Of a DNA stretch of 54,354 nt, positions 37,385 to 45,819 are shown piece after piece. Numbering within the stretch: position 1 is the first letter of the stretch; the number at the start of each line of letters is the position of its first letter. The notes beneath the pieces were generated by a model. That model was not told the origin of the DNA and made no database searches. It was given only the letters and a program-made list of their open reading frames with translations. This DNA is from a virus (Duplodnaviria; Caudoviricetes), in IMG/VR virus record IMGVR_UViG_3300037796_000233, positions 1 through 54,354 of that record. One strand, 5' to 3'. The position numbers and the translations under genes are program-made.

Positions 37385-37519
37385 TTCACTCTCCTTAAAA
37401 TGCTGTTCATTTTACCCACTTTTGGAAAACCCAGAAGTGGGTTTTAAAGGGTATAGATATAAAGAAGGTAGACCGAAAGATAAGTTTTAAAGCGAATTAT
37501 CACTTGTGTGATCATTAAT

Positions 37520-37771
37520 TCACTTTAAAAGGGCTTGCGCCCCCTCACTTCCTAACTCTATACCTGAAAGGGAATCAATAAGCCTTCCCTTTCTTGTTTT
37601 CTTTTCTTTGTTTACCCTTTCTTTCGTGAGGCTGCGTTGCATACCGTATAAGGGCAGTAATGCGTCAGCAGCCTCATCGTTTCCTGTTTTGGCTATTTCC
37701 TCCAGGTAACTTATCGCTATCGACACCGCTTTTTCACGCGTCATTACCGTTCTATTTTCACCCGTATCCAA
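37520..37771 (-). CDS. Hypothetical protein
   Basis: 83-aa ORF co-oriented with neighbours. Confidence 0.45.
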   Translation of the reverse strand: MDTGENRTVMTREKAVSIAISYLEEIAKTGNDEAADALLPLYGMQRSLTKERVNKEKKTRKGRLIDSLSGIELGSEGAQALLK

Positions 37772-37824
37772 TTTTCATAAACCTTCCTGTGTATAGGTAC
37801 AGACCCGCACGCCTGAACTCGGTT

Positions 37825-38103
37825 TTATCCGTCGTTTTTCTTCTCTGATAAAAGGTCATAACGCCCGACCACTAACGCACCACGAGTGAATGCCTCGAAA
37901 CATTCAGGGTGAATCCCGTCTTCTTCTCTGGCCCAAGATAAAATCCCTTTTATCAAATCCTCGATAATGACCCTTGCGTCGCCTTCTGGGTCATAATGAG
38001 GACAACGATAATGATGTGTCGTAAAAAACTTTTGCGGTTGTCTCGCCCACTTCTGACACTCGCAACCTCTATTAAAAAAGGCTTTTGGATCATCCATTAG
38101 CAT
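37825..38103 (-). CDS. Hypothetical Cys/His protein
   Basis: CEC..W..HH..CP motif; overlaps the ThyX-like stop. Confidence 0.5.
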   Translation of the reverse strand: MLMDDPKAFFNRGCECQKWARQPQKFFTTHHYRCPHYDPEGDARVIIEDLIKGILSWAREEDGIHPECFEAFTRGALVVGRYDLLSEKKNDG

Positions 38104-38828
38104 TCTAACCTTTCCGCCTTAAACCGCCCGGCGATATCTTCAAAGACGACCGGCACCTGAGAGTTGAGCCAATTTAGGGCCATGAGCATAACCGATCTTG
38201 TCTGCCTTGCCGACTTCCGGGAACATCCCGACCAAAGCGCATGACGCCATTCAAGAAGGTTTGCCGTCACAAATATCTCGCAGCGGTTTGACGTCGATAA
38301 TATCGCCCGTGCGTCTGTACGGTTCCAACCGAGTTTTTGCGTCAACTCAAGATATCGCCCTTCAATATCGAGAGCAGACTCAAGCCACACTCTCTCTTCT
38401 TTCTTGAGGGTATCATCGAACAATCGCCCTTTGAACAATATTGCGCCCGATGAATCACGCCCATATTTCCCCGGCGCAATTCCCTCAAACCAAGTAGGAA
38501 GGATGAACGTCAGGTCAGTCGATTTATGTCCATTGGAAAAAAGGGCAAGCTCATCGGGTGTCTGGGTTACGTTCTTGAAGCCAAACCCCAAAATGTCCTT
38601 TCCGGTCCCGATATCGACTACAAAAAAAAGGGTAACTGACGCATGTTGAATCGCCTTTGAATTCCCTCCCTTGATTTGCTCCCTCACAAACTCATAGGCA
38701 GAATCCTCGGTCATTCCCTCCATCGTCTTTTCCGCATGTCGCCCGATTTCCTCTATGCGTCTCAACATCTCGATGCTGCCGCCATATGGAAACATGATAG
38801 GCGTTATTCTTGATCTATTGAGGATCAC
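38097..38828 (-). CDS. thyX: ThyX-fold protein with degenerate catalytic motifs
   Basis: IE.IGR..TEDSA..FV, HASVT, LTFI.P, AR.IL, VTANL.EWRH and PVVFEDI scaffold is present; the RHRx7S motif is absent. Confidence 0.7.
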   Translation of the reverse strand: MILNRSRITPIMFPYGGSIEMLRRIEEIGRHAEKTMEGMTEDSAYEFVREQIKGGNSKAIQHASVTLFFVVDIGTGKDILGFGFKNVTQTPDELALFSNGHKSTDLTFILPTWFEGIAPGKYGRDSSGAILFKGRLFDDTLKKEERVWLESALDIEGRYLELTQKLGWNRTDARAILSTSNRCEIFVTANLLEWRHALWSGCSRKSARQTRSVMLMALNWLNSQVPVVFEDIAGRFKAERLEC

Positions 38829-38872
38829 ACAAGTCTCCTTTTTTATTTCGGAATCACATAGTTATAAAATTG

Positions 38873-39175
38873 CTATATTCGCTCAGACATTTGGACTTCC
38901 GTTGACATCGACTTAAGATTGAGCAAAAGTCTTTCGATTACCACTATGGCGTCGGTTCCTTCATCGATAATCTCTTCAATAGTAACCGGATTTGGTCTTG
39001 AATCAGGGTTACAATCGACCGGACAGCAATAATCGTTTACCGCCCCGGCAATTTCTCCCACTTCCTCATAAAGAAGGCCAAGAGCATGGTGGACGTTATC
39101 GGGAAAAAAGGGGTGTCTCTTTCTCGCTTTCTTTCGTTTTTCCTCTATGGCGTCGGAAAGTTGTTCTGGCGTCAA
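38873..39175 (-). CDS. MazG-like NTP pyrophosphohydrolase domain protein
   Basis: LYEEVGEIAGAV...IIDEGTD motif; start moved to TTG 39175 after GAAGGA, just past the terS stop. Confidence 0.6.
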   Translation of the reverse strand: MTPEQLSDAIEEKRKKARKRHPFFPDNVHHALGLLYEEVGEIAGAVNDYCCPVDCNPDSRPNPVTIEEIIDEGTDAIVVIERLLLNLKSMSTEVQMSERI

Positions 39176-39179
39176 GCTA

Positions 39180-39830
39180 TTATCCTTCCTGCGGCGATAA
39201 GGGAATTGATCCTTCAATTGCCCCCATATGTTCCCGAATTTTCTTGGCGACATCTCCTGGGTCTTGAATTTGAAAGACGTTCGTTTTGAGCCAAACATCA
39301 GGATAAAGGCTTTCAAGCATACGGACTGCTGCGTGCCAATCCGGCGCTGCTTCCCTTCTTTTAATGACGTGTTTAACGGTTTTCATTTGACCCGTCTTTT
39401 GGTCCAAAATCCGTTCTTTTGTCGTCTCCGTCCTTACGTCACCGCCTTTCGCCGCATTGAATACTACCGAAACAAGGTTGATCTCCTTTTTTCCCATTGC
39501 TTCTTCGTATTTTTTTGCGAAATACTCAAAGCCAGGCCTTCCCTCTTCTGCGTTTCTTCTCCACAATGAAACGGTTCCCAAACTGAGACCAACTGCCCTT
39601 TCCGCGCTGCTTTGCGACACTCCCTTTTCGAGTTCTAAAGCCAGTGCGTCAACCATCTCCTTTGTACAAAGGGATTCTGGCCCTGTGGGGTTTTTCCTTT
39701 CGGTTTTCCTCCCTTTTGCATTGGTTTCGTCTCCGTTACTTGGTCTGAAACCATTCCCGTTCCCATTGATTTCCTTTATTTCTGCTGCTGCCGGTCTTCC
39801 GGTATAAGGTTTGCGCCGTTTAAGTTCCAT
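39180..39830 (-). CDS. terS: Terminase small subunit-like protein
   Basis: HTH segment (GVSQSSAERAVG..TVSLW) and DWHAAVRMLE..P..W motif; first gene of the late block. Confidence 0.65.
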   Translation of the reverse strand: MELKRRKPYTGRPAAAEIKEINGNGNGFRPSNGDETNAKGRKTERKNPTGPESLCTKEMVDALALELEKGVSQSSAERAVGLSLGTVSLWRRNAEEGRPGFEYFAKKYEEAMGKKEINLVSVVFNAAKGGDVRTETTKERILDQKTGQMKTVKHVIKRREAAPDWHAAVRMLESLYPDVWLKTNVFQIQDPGDVAKKIREHMGAIEGSIPLSPQEG

Positions 39831-39945
39831 TCCGATATCCTCCTGGATTCAAAGTATCTATCCTAAGAAATAAACGGTTGGCGCTGAAAAGTAAAGGGGA
39901 AATAGAAGTCAAAAAAGTTTTCGATCTTAAAATAATGGGTTTTTG

Positions 39946-39984
39946 AACAAGAAAACCCTGGAGCGGTTTCCCGTCTCCAGGGTT
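39946..39984 (-). terminator. Intrinsic terminator closing the early cassette array
   Basis: AACCCTGGAG...CTCCAGGGTT stem followed by TTCTTGTT. Confidence 0.75.
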
Positions 39985-40018
39985 CAAAGGTGGGATATGT
40001 GGTAAGGTATGGGGTGGG

Positions 40019-40204
40019 TTAATTCGTTTGGAGATTTCTGGAAAGAAACACGATTTCGTCCCATTCTTCCTTCGTGCACGACTGCCTCATATCCTCTACC
40101 TCTTCCATTGGGACCATTCCGGGATGGCCCAAGGAAAGATAAAGCTGGACCGCTTCCTTGTCGCTGAAGGATTCACTGATGGGGTGCTTTCTCATTCTGG
40201 TCAT
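40019..40204 (-). CDS. Small early protein (61 aa)
   Basis: ATG 40204 (MTRMRK) directly after the leader repeat RBS AAGGGAG. Confidence 0.65.
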   Translation of the reverse strand: MTRMRKHPISESFSDKEAVQLYLSLGHPGMVPMEEVEDMRQSCTKEEWDEIVFLSRNLQTN

Positions 40205-40262
40205 TTCGTTCTCCCTTCGGTGGGGCGGTCCCGGTTTCCCGGTTCCGCCCCGGTTTCGGTTT
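40205..40262 (-). repeat. Leader repeat (ACCGAAACC + GC hairpin + RBS)
   Basis: ACCGAAACCGGGGCGGAACCGGGAAACCGGGACCGCCCCACCGAAGGGAGAACGAA; near-identical to 41271-41328. Confidence 0.9.
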
Positions 40263-40512
40263 AGCCTATCTTTACCAATCGCCATTCTTTGCCCGGATTC
40301 AATCCCTCAAGCCGGTCTTTGATTTTGATCGCTTCTTCTTCGGTGAACCGGCTGGGGCGGCTTGCGCAACTCTCTTCGTGCGGCCGCTTGTACAGGCCAC
40401 CGTCTTTCTTCACCTGATAAAGTTCAAAGTTCTTGCCCGCTTCCATCTGGCCCTTGCGGGTTTCGTTTTTTGCTCTTTTGAAATCGCCGTAAAAAGTTTT
40501 GCTGATCGCCAT
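40261..40512 (-). CDS. Small early protein (83 aa)
   Basis: ATG 40512 (MAISKT) after the leader repeat; the longer tracked ORF runs through the promoter. Confidence 0.65.
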   Translation of the reverse strand: MAISKTFYGDFKRAKNETRKGQMEAGKNFELYQVKKDGGLYKRPHEESCASRPSRFTEEEAIKIKDRLEGLNPGKEWRLVKIG

Positions 40513-40660
40513 TTTGTTTCTCCTTTCGGGTGGGGCTTTCCGCCCCGGTTTCGGTTTCCCTCTGAACTTGATTACTAATATAGGGGATTCTTGACCCAAA
40601 GTCAAGTCTTTTTTTGACTTTTTTTGATTTAAGGTCAAAAAAATTTTAAGTATGTGAAAA
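40513..40660 (-). promoter_or_regulatory. Sigma70-type early promoter plus leader repeat
   Basis: TTGACT(40605-40600)-17-TATATT(40582-40577) with an A-rich UP region; 40513-40585 is identical to 43218-43290. Confidence 0.85.
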
Positions 40661-40666
40661 TATAAG

Positions 40667-40696
40667 AAGGGCCACCGTTGAATCCGGTGGCCCTTT
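40667..40696 (-). terminator. Terminator hairpin between cassettes
   Basis: AAGGGCCACCG-N7-CGGTGGCCCTT followed by CTTATATTTT on the minus strand. Confidence 0.7.
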
Positions 40697-40706
40697 GAGG
40701 TTTCCC

Positions 40707-40925
40707 TTAGTCGATAAAGGGCTTCAGTTCGTTTTTTGCCTTCTGACGTTCTTTTTTCTTCCAAATGCGCCTTACCAACTGACGCCCTTTCGACTTCTGG
40801 TGGCCACGATAATCACCGCCCTTTCTTTTAAATTGACCGGTGCTCGACTTCATGGCAAATCGGTGGATATCGGCGACATCCGGTTGAGCCTGATCCTTAT
40901 CCCTTGGAATTCCGTAAGGTTTCAC
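40707..40925 (-). CDS. Small basic early protein
   Basis: 72 aa, GTG start after AAAGGAG. Confidence 0.6.
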   Translation of the reverse strand: MKPYGIPRDKDQAQPDVADIHRFAMKSSTGQFKRKGGDYRGHQKSKGRQLVRRIWKKKERQKAKNELKPFID

Positions 40926-40937
40926 TATGTCTCCTTT

Positions 40938-41270
40938 CTAAGACATAAAAAACGATATTTTGCCGTTGGTTTTAAAGTATTTTATGATTGGTGAAGGGGC
41001 ACTGATGGCTGCCGGCGTGAACATCTTCAAAACCCTAACGCCCCTGACTGCGCGAAAATGGCGTTTAATTTCCGAAAGAAGGGCATCCAAGGCCATTTGA
41101 TCACCCTTAAAGGAAACGATTTGAACCCTGCCGCCTTCTTGGTTCGCATAATCAACCTCGAAATCCGCCCCGGAAAAAGTCATATGGGTTCCGCGCCATT
41201 TCGCCTTAGTTTTTGGAAGGTCAAAAAGTTTGATAAGTTGATCTCTTAATTCGGTGGATTTGAACTTCAT
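40938..41270 (-). CDS. Early hypothetical protein (110 aa)
   Basis: ATG 41270 (MKFKST) after the leader repeat. Confidence 0.65.
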   Translation of the reverse strand: MKFKSTELRDQLIKLFDLPKTKAKWRGTHMTFSGADFEVDYANQEGGRVQIVSFKGDQMALDALLSEIKRHFRAVRGVRVLKMFTPAAISAPSPIIKYFKTNGKISFFMS

Positions 41271-41328
41271 TTCGTTCTCCCTTCGGTGGGGCGGTCCCGG
41301 TTCCCCGGTTCCGCCCCGGTTTCGGTTT
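41271..41328 (-). repeat. Leader repeat
   Basis: One mismatch from 40205-40262. Confidence 0.9.
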
Positions 41329-41767
41329 ATGCGGCCAAACTTACCTTTTTGATGCACTCAGGGCCATAACCGCTTTCGATGCTTTCGGGCACCGTAAGTT
41401 TGCGCCCGCAACGCCCGCAACGCCCTTCGTGCCAAACCTCTACGCATTCCGGCAAATCCCGACCAAAAAGAACCATTCTAAAAACCCAATCGAAAGCCTT
41501 AAACGCAATTGACCCCTTATCCGCGTGGGATTTCTTCGTCAACCGGAATTCTTTTTTGTTAAATACGGTTCCGAGATAACGATAATCAGCCTCATTATCC
41601 GCCCCGTAAAGATACGAAACAAACCATAAATCTTTTTCGGAATGTTTTTTGATTTTATAGGTGACCCGGTTTCCGGTTTCCCGGTTCCGGATAGTGACGG
41701 TGGCGCTACCGGCGTGGAGATAATCGAAAATATCTTTGGCGCTTTTAATTTGACCCTTGAAGTCCAT
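41327..41767 (-). CDS. DUF6011-like zinc-finger phage protein
   Basis: WHEGRCGRCGRKLTVPESIESGYGPEC motif. Confidence 0.75.
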   Translation of the reverse strand: MDFKGQIKSAKDIFDYLHAGSATVTIRNRETGNRVTYKIKKHSEKDLWFVSYLYGADNEADYRYLGTVFNKKEFRLTKKSHADKGSIAFKAFDWVFRMVLFGRDLPECVEVWHEGRCGRCGRKLTVPESIESGYGPECIKKVSLAA

Positions 41768-41923
41768 TCCATTCTCCTTTCAAGTGACCCGTTTTGGGCC
41801 GGTTTCGGTTTTGAGCCTTTCCCTGCGCTCTTGATTATTAATATAAGGGATTTGAACCCCAAAGTCAAGTCTTTTTTTAACTTTTTTTGACTTTAGGGCA
41901 AAAAAATTTTAAGTATGTGAAAA
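41768..41923 (-). promoter_or_regulatory. Sigma70-type early promoter plus leader variant
   Basis: TTGACT(41868-41863)-17-TATATT(41845-41840); upstream flank similar to the 40.6-kb copy; AACCGAAACCGG then AAAGGAG RBS. Confidence 0.85.
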
Positions 41924-41925
41924 CC

Positions 41926-42144
41926 TTACTTAATCAATCTGATTTCACCCTTATCGGCCATCTGCTCGATAAATTGCGTATAGTTTCCAAACCTTATCTC
42001 TTTGTCCATCTCGGCCATTCTCTCTTTGACTCCCTGTGTAAACTCCCAAAGGGTCTGGAAATTCATGTGGCTACGGCTGGCGATTTGTTCCGTGATCTCT
42101 TTCGGTGTTCCGGTGTATTCTTTCCCGTTAATGATCGCTTTCAT
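41926..42144 (-). CDS. Small early protein (72 aa)
   Basis: ATG after leader hairpin and AAAGGAG. Confidence 0.65.
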   Translation of the reverse strand: MKAIINGKEYTGTPKEITEQIASRSHMNFQTLWEFTQGVKERMAEMDKEIRFGNYTQFIEQMADKGEIRLIK

Positions 42145-42195
42145 TTGTCTCTCCTTTTGAGTTGGGGCGGGATATCCCGCCCCGGTTTCGGTTTA
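42145..42195 (-). repeat. Leader repeat variant
   Basis: TAAACCGAAACC + GGGGCGGGATATCCCGCCCC palindrome + RBS. Confidence 0.85.
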
Positions 42196-43218
42196 TGCGG
42201 CGTTAGCCATCTGGGGCTGAAAGTGAAAGTAACGACTTTTCAACCATTCGACCGCTTCACTATAGTCGTTGGTGGTTCCGATCATGGCGAAGGAAGGGAA
42301 ATGAAGTTTTCCTTCGGAATTCTTGGCGGCCAAAATCTTAAGGGGAGCATATTTGGAATTTTTGGAATCTGCGAGCATCGTGTTGACGGTGTTTTTGTTT
42401 AAACCTTTGACGTTAATAAAGTAGTTGGCGATTTCTTTTTGGGTATAACGACCGGTGGCGATCATCTCAAATGCTTCCTTGTACCAATCCTTCTTGAAGG
42501 TAAAATCGGAAGTTGAAATGGTATTATGATGAGCGCTGAGGATAAAATCGGCCACTGTGTCGATATTGGCGCCGTTGGCGGTTTCGCCTTTAAGGCTTGC
42601 CTCGATAATCCCTTTGGTGACCAAGGCCCAGTTGATGATCTTGGTTGCTTCGGTGGTCCCTGCGGCGCAACGGAATTCGACCGTTTTACGAAGGGAATAA
42701 GAGTTGAGATTGAGGGTTTGATACCGATTAATAGAAATGGTGTCAAGAAGTTTATTTGCGATGGGCGCGCAGTAAGTATAATTGGTGCGGCGGCTGGGCG
42801 GCAGGGCGTTGAGAATAACTCCCTCAATATTTTGAAAGTTGGCGGCAACCTTTAAGGCTGATTCGTAGCTTTCGATGCCGTGATGAACGTGAAGGCCGCA
42901 AGTGCGGTTGACGTAAGCAATTGAGGGATTGTCGATGACGCGTGAAACCGCCTGGACCGCTTTGAACCCTAAATCCCCGGAAAGAACTGGGGAAACGATC
43001 TCAACGCCGTGGCCGCCCCGGCTGTCGGGATGAAGGCTGGCGTCGGTTTTGAGTTCCCACCGAGTAGTGTTGGTGGCGTCGGTATTATGGTGATATGAAG
43101 CTGAATTGAAAACCGTAAAAGGAAGGTTGGCGGCCTGAAACTCATCTTTAATCCGGTTGGCGATTTCTTCGTTGTTAACCCGGCTGATGATTTCGATTTC
43201 GATGCCGTATGTCCTCAT
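42193..43218 (-). CDS. Putative amidoligase (COOH-NH2 ligase type 2)
   Basis: MRTYGIEIE, WELKTDASL, EIVSPVL, TCGLHVH, RY..LN and TVEFR motifs; start moved to ATG 43218. Confidence 0.85.
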   Translation of the reverse strand: MRTYGIEIEIISRVNNEEIANRIKDEFQAANLPFTVFNSASYHHNTDATNTTRWELKTDASLHPDSRGGHGVEIVSPVLSGDLGFKAVQAVSRVIDNPSIAYVNRTCGLHVHHGIESYESALKVAANFQNIEGVILNALPPSRRTNYTYCAPIANKLLDTISINRYQTLNLNSYSLRKTVEFRCAAGTTEATKIINWALVTKGIIEASLKGETANGANIDTVADFILSAHHNTISTSDFTFKKDWYKEAFEMIATGRYTQKEIANYFINVKGLNKNTVNTMLADSKNSKYAPLKILAAKNSEGKLHFPSFAMIGTTNDYSEAVEWLKSRYFHFQPQMANAA

Positions 43219-43339
43219 TTGTTTCTCCTTTCGGGTGGGGCTTTCCGCCCCGGTTTCGGTTTCCCTCTGAACTTGATTACTAATATAGGGTATTTGAACC
43301 CCAAAATCAAGTCTTTTTTTGACTTTGGGGCAAAAAAAT
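43219..43339 (-). promoter_or_regulatory. Sigma70-type early promoter plus leader repeat
   Basis: TTGATT(43310-43305)-17-TATATT(43287-43282); leader identical to the 40.5-kb copy. Confidence 0.85.
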
Positions 43340-43747
43340 TCACCGTCCATAATAAGTATATGAAATATTAGGCTTTTCTTTCCAGCTATCCGAAAGGCTC
43401 AAAGCCAATTCAGCCCTTTGAAGTTGACCCTTCAAAATCTTTATTTGTCTATTTTTACGTGCCTGAAATGATTCAAGTGCCTCTTCTATAGTTGGACAAG
43501 CATACCGCTTTCTGGCGGACAAAAGTACAAATCGCATTCCGCCCCATCCACGAATCCAAACCCCTTTCGGTGTTCTTCTCTCGATAGGAAATTTATGAAG
43601 ATGAACTTCCATCGTATATCCGGGCAATGGATCATCGAAATCGTCAACGCCAGGTGAATATATTGCTTCTTCAAACCGATAAAGGGCTTCACCGTCTTCC
43701 GGTTCCCATAAGGTTACATGTTCAGGTGTTTTCATTTTCATTTTCAT
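43340..43747 (-). CDS. Hypothetical phage protein
   Basis: RTPKGVWI...RFVL..ARKRYACPT.EEALESF pattern typical of small phage proteins. Confidence 0.6.
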   Translation of the reverse strand: MKMKMKTPEHVTLWEPEDGEALYRFEEAIYSPGVDDFDDPLPGYTMEVHLHKFPIERRTPKGVWIRGWGGMRFVLLSARKRYACPTIEEALESFQARKNRQIKILKGQLQRAELALSLSDSWKEKPNISYTYYGR

Positions 43748-44565
43748 TCCTCTTTTCGACTTTGGCCCAATTTATCGCTATAAAATCCAAAAAATAATTC
43801 CCTTGCCTCAGCCGCCCCACTGTTGATTTTACCTTTTCCTCTGGCAAAAGCCCTTTGGCGCTGATACCTTATTGCATCACCAACGGACATTCTTAACGTA
43901 ATTTTAGAATGAGATGAAAGCCCGTTATTGAGAGTTGCCGGCCATGGCTCTATCCAAACAACGTCATAACCTTCCTGATCAGCAAATGCTTCATCGATAT
44001 CGACCGGATCAACCGACAAAGGGCCACTCTCTTCGTTTTCCAAATCTCCAATGTCAATTCCGCATCTAAGGCAAAGTTTTCCGGCTTCTGTACCTCCATA
44101 ATCTCCTGAACCAACAAAGTCATGACCGATATCTTCGCAGGAAAAGTCCTGAGAAAATGGCTCATCATCTCTCTCTTTTTCCTTTCCGCATTTCCAACAA
44201 ACTTGTTGCAATTTACCTCCAGAATAAAAACCCGTAGAAACAAAATCGTGACCGCCAGTTTCTTCGCAAATCAACTTGCGTTTATCCGTTATCGATCTAT
44301 CGACCTCAAGAAACTGGTCAAACGATTTCTTGAGGGCTTCCATATCGTAATCAAAAAGCATATCCCGAAAATATCTGCCTTTGGTCTTATAATATTCTTT
44401 TTCTTGATCTCTTTGTTTAATGGCATTCCCGATATAAACGGAAAGTGACGATACCTCACCAAGCTCAAGGCGACAAAGGGCTTTTGTCAAAATATCGATA
44501 TCCTCTGAATCAGCTACCCTTAACCCATCAAGAATTTTTTCGATGTAATCCATATTATCGGCCAT
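43744..44565 (-). CDS. Hypothetical protein with two C...GH.F...CxxCG zinc-binding repeats
   Basis: CEETGGHDFV..CWKCG and CEDIGHDFV..CLRCG. Confidence 0.6.
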   Translation of the reverse strand: MADNMDYIEKILDGLRVADSEDIDILTKALCRLELGEVSSLSVYIGNAIKQRDQEKEYYKTKGRYFRDMLFDYDMEALKKSFDQFLEVDRSITDKRKLICEETGGHDFVSTGFYSGGKLQQVCWKCGKEKERDDEPFSQDFSCEDIGHDFVGSGDYGGTEAGKLCLRCGIDIGDLENEESGPLSVDPVDIDEAFADQEGYDVVWIEPWPATLNNGLSSHSKITLRMSVGDAIRYQRQRAFARGKGKINSGAAEARELFFGFYSDKLGQSRKEE

Positions 44566-44607
44566 TTTATCCCCTTTCCTGGACGGGTTTTCCCGTCGTA
44601 AGACTTC

Positions 44608-44659
44608 TTGTTTTCACTTCTAACACACGCAAATATATTTCCGAATAGTAAGACACAGG
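44608..44659 (+). repeat. Third near-complete copy of the 63-bp element
   Basis: 52 bp matching 452-503 with five mismatches, same orientation. Confidence 0.85.
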
Positions 44660-44687
44660 GTAAAAGACTTGAAAGCCTTTTCGCCCG

Positions 44688-45023
44688 TTAAACGGGCCGT
44701 TGCTTCTTTATCCGGTTGGCGGTTTTTTCATCTAAAGTCAATTGAACTTCTTTTCGCCTTGTGAATTTGACCTCTTTCATTCGTCTTCCTACCTCCGCAT
44801 AAAGCATGCACTTATAGGTGTTGACCTTTCGATCTATCCAAGGCTGTTGGGTTTTTTCATACCTGTAGGCATCCTTTCCGTAAACGTACCTTGCCCCGTA
44901 ATGCGAAAAGCCGCACATCGGACAACCGTCCAGTGTAAGTTTATTTCGCTTTCGTTTTTCGACGTCAATGCGAAAAATCCATTCGCAACTTGCGCACGTT
45001 CTCAAATTCGCTTTTTTGCTCAT
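44688..45023 (-). CDS. Zinc-ribbon protein
   Basis: CASC..CPMC; start at ATG 45023 (MSKKAN). Confidence 0.6.
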   Translation of the reverse strand: MSKKANLRTCASCEWIFRIDVEKRKRNKLTLDGCPMCGFSHYGARYVYGKDAYRYEKTQQPWIDRKVNTYKCMLYAEVGRRMKEVKFTRRKEVQLTLDEKTANRIKKQRPV

Positions 45024-45352
45024 AGGTCTTCTGGGTCCCTTTTCCGTCTTTGTCTTCCGGTTTTTGGTATTTCTTCCCTCCAACCATTCTGCGGTTTTAA
45101 AACAAGGGTTTGACCCACATCTATGCAAAAATAAAGGTTTCCAAAATCAGTAAGGACAACCTCACCATTTTCCTTTATTCTAAACCCCACCTGCGTTATT
45201 CCTTTGCGTTTGATCTCAATTTCTTTTATTTCTCCGTCAAGTATTACCTTTTCCCCGTCTTCACCCCAACCGTTTTGCGCTGAACGGTTTTCGATAGACA
45301 CACTGCTTGTTGAATATAAAGTCACTTCCAATCCATCGATCTTCTTTTTCAT
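45020..45352 (-). CDS. Hypothetical protein
   Basis: Start at ATG 45352 (MKKKID); ATGA overlaps at both ends. Confidence 0.5.
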   Translation of the reverse strand: MKKKIDGLEVTLYSTSSVSIENRSAQNGWGEDGEKVILDGEIKEIEIKRKGITQVGFRIKENGEVVLTDFGNLYFCIDVGQTLVLKPQNGWREEIPKTGRQRRKRDPEDL

Positions 45353-45819
45353 ATCTCTACCTTTCTTGGTTTGAGGTTTTCTAAAACTAATGCTTTTTGC
45401 CAACCATCTGCCTCCCAACGTCCCGATCTTGACCCGGTTTGAATGTCGATGACGTTTGATATCGGTGCGGTATAGGTTGCGCCCTCATCCGTCTCGAAAA
45501 GTTCATGAATGGGCCCATCCGGAATTCGCCGAAAGAAAAAAAGATGGCCTTTAGATTCTGGTACTTTCCCCAATACCGCCCTGTTTGACCTTCCTTCAAA
45601 TTCGACATCCGGGAATTCCGCAAGATCAACTTTACCGTTATATCTCCTGTTGTTAAATTCAATTTGGTTCGTAATATATCTTGCGTCAACCTTAGACAAA
45701 CCCGGATTGTGCTTAATTAACCAATCTTCCAAAAAAGACTTCGTGGCCATGCCTCCGGCCTGGACCACTGCCGCCGTCAATTTTAGGGCTTGTTCCGTAA
45801 TGAAATCAAAATCCGTCAT
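45349..45819 (-). CDS. Early hypothetical protein
   Basis: 156 aa, directly after a promoter-leader repeat. Confidence 0.6.
   Translation of the reverse strand: MTDFDFITEQALKLTAAVVQAGGMATKSFLEDWLIKHNPGLSKVDARYITNQIEFNNRRYNGKVDLAEFPDVEFEGRSNRAVLGKVPESKGHLFFFRRIPDGPIHELFETDEGATYTAPISNVIDIQTGSRSGRWEADGWQKALVLENLKPRKVEI

Noticed and set aside
41664-41690. CCGGAACCGGGAAACCGGAAACCGG resembling the leader hairpin loop
   Set aside because: Encodes RNRETGNR within a conserved-looking protein and lacks the flanking stem and RBS
28851-43350. Long N-terminal extensions in tracked ORFs (e.g. 28851-29690, 38873-39316, 40261-40764, 42193-43350)
   Set aside because: They run through promoters, repeats or other genes; downstream starts with clear RBSs were used instead
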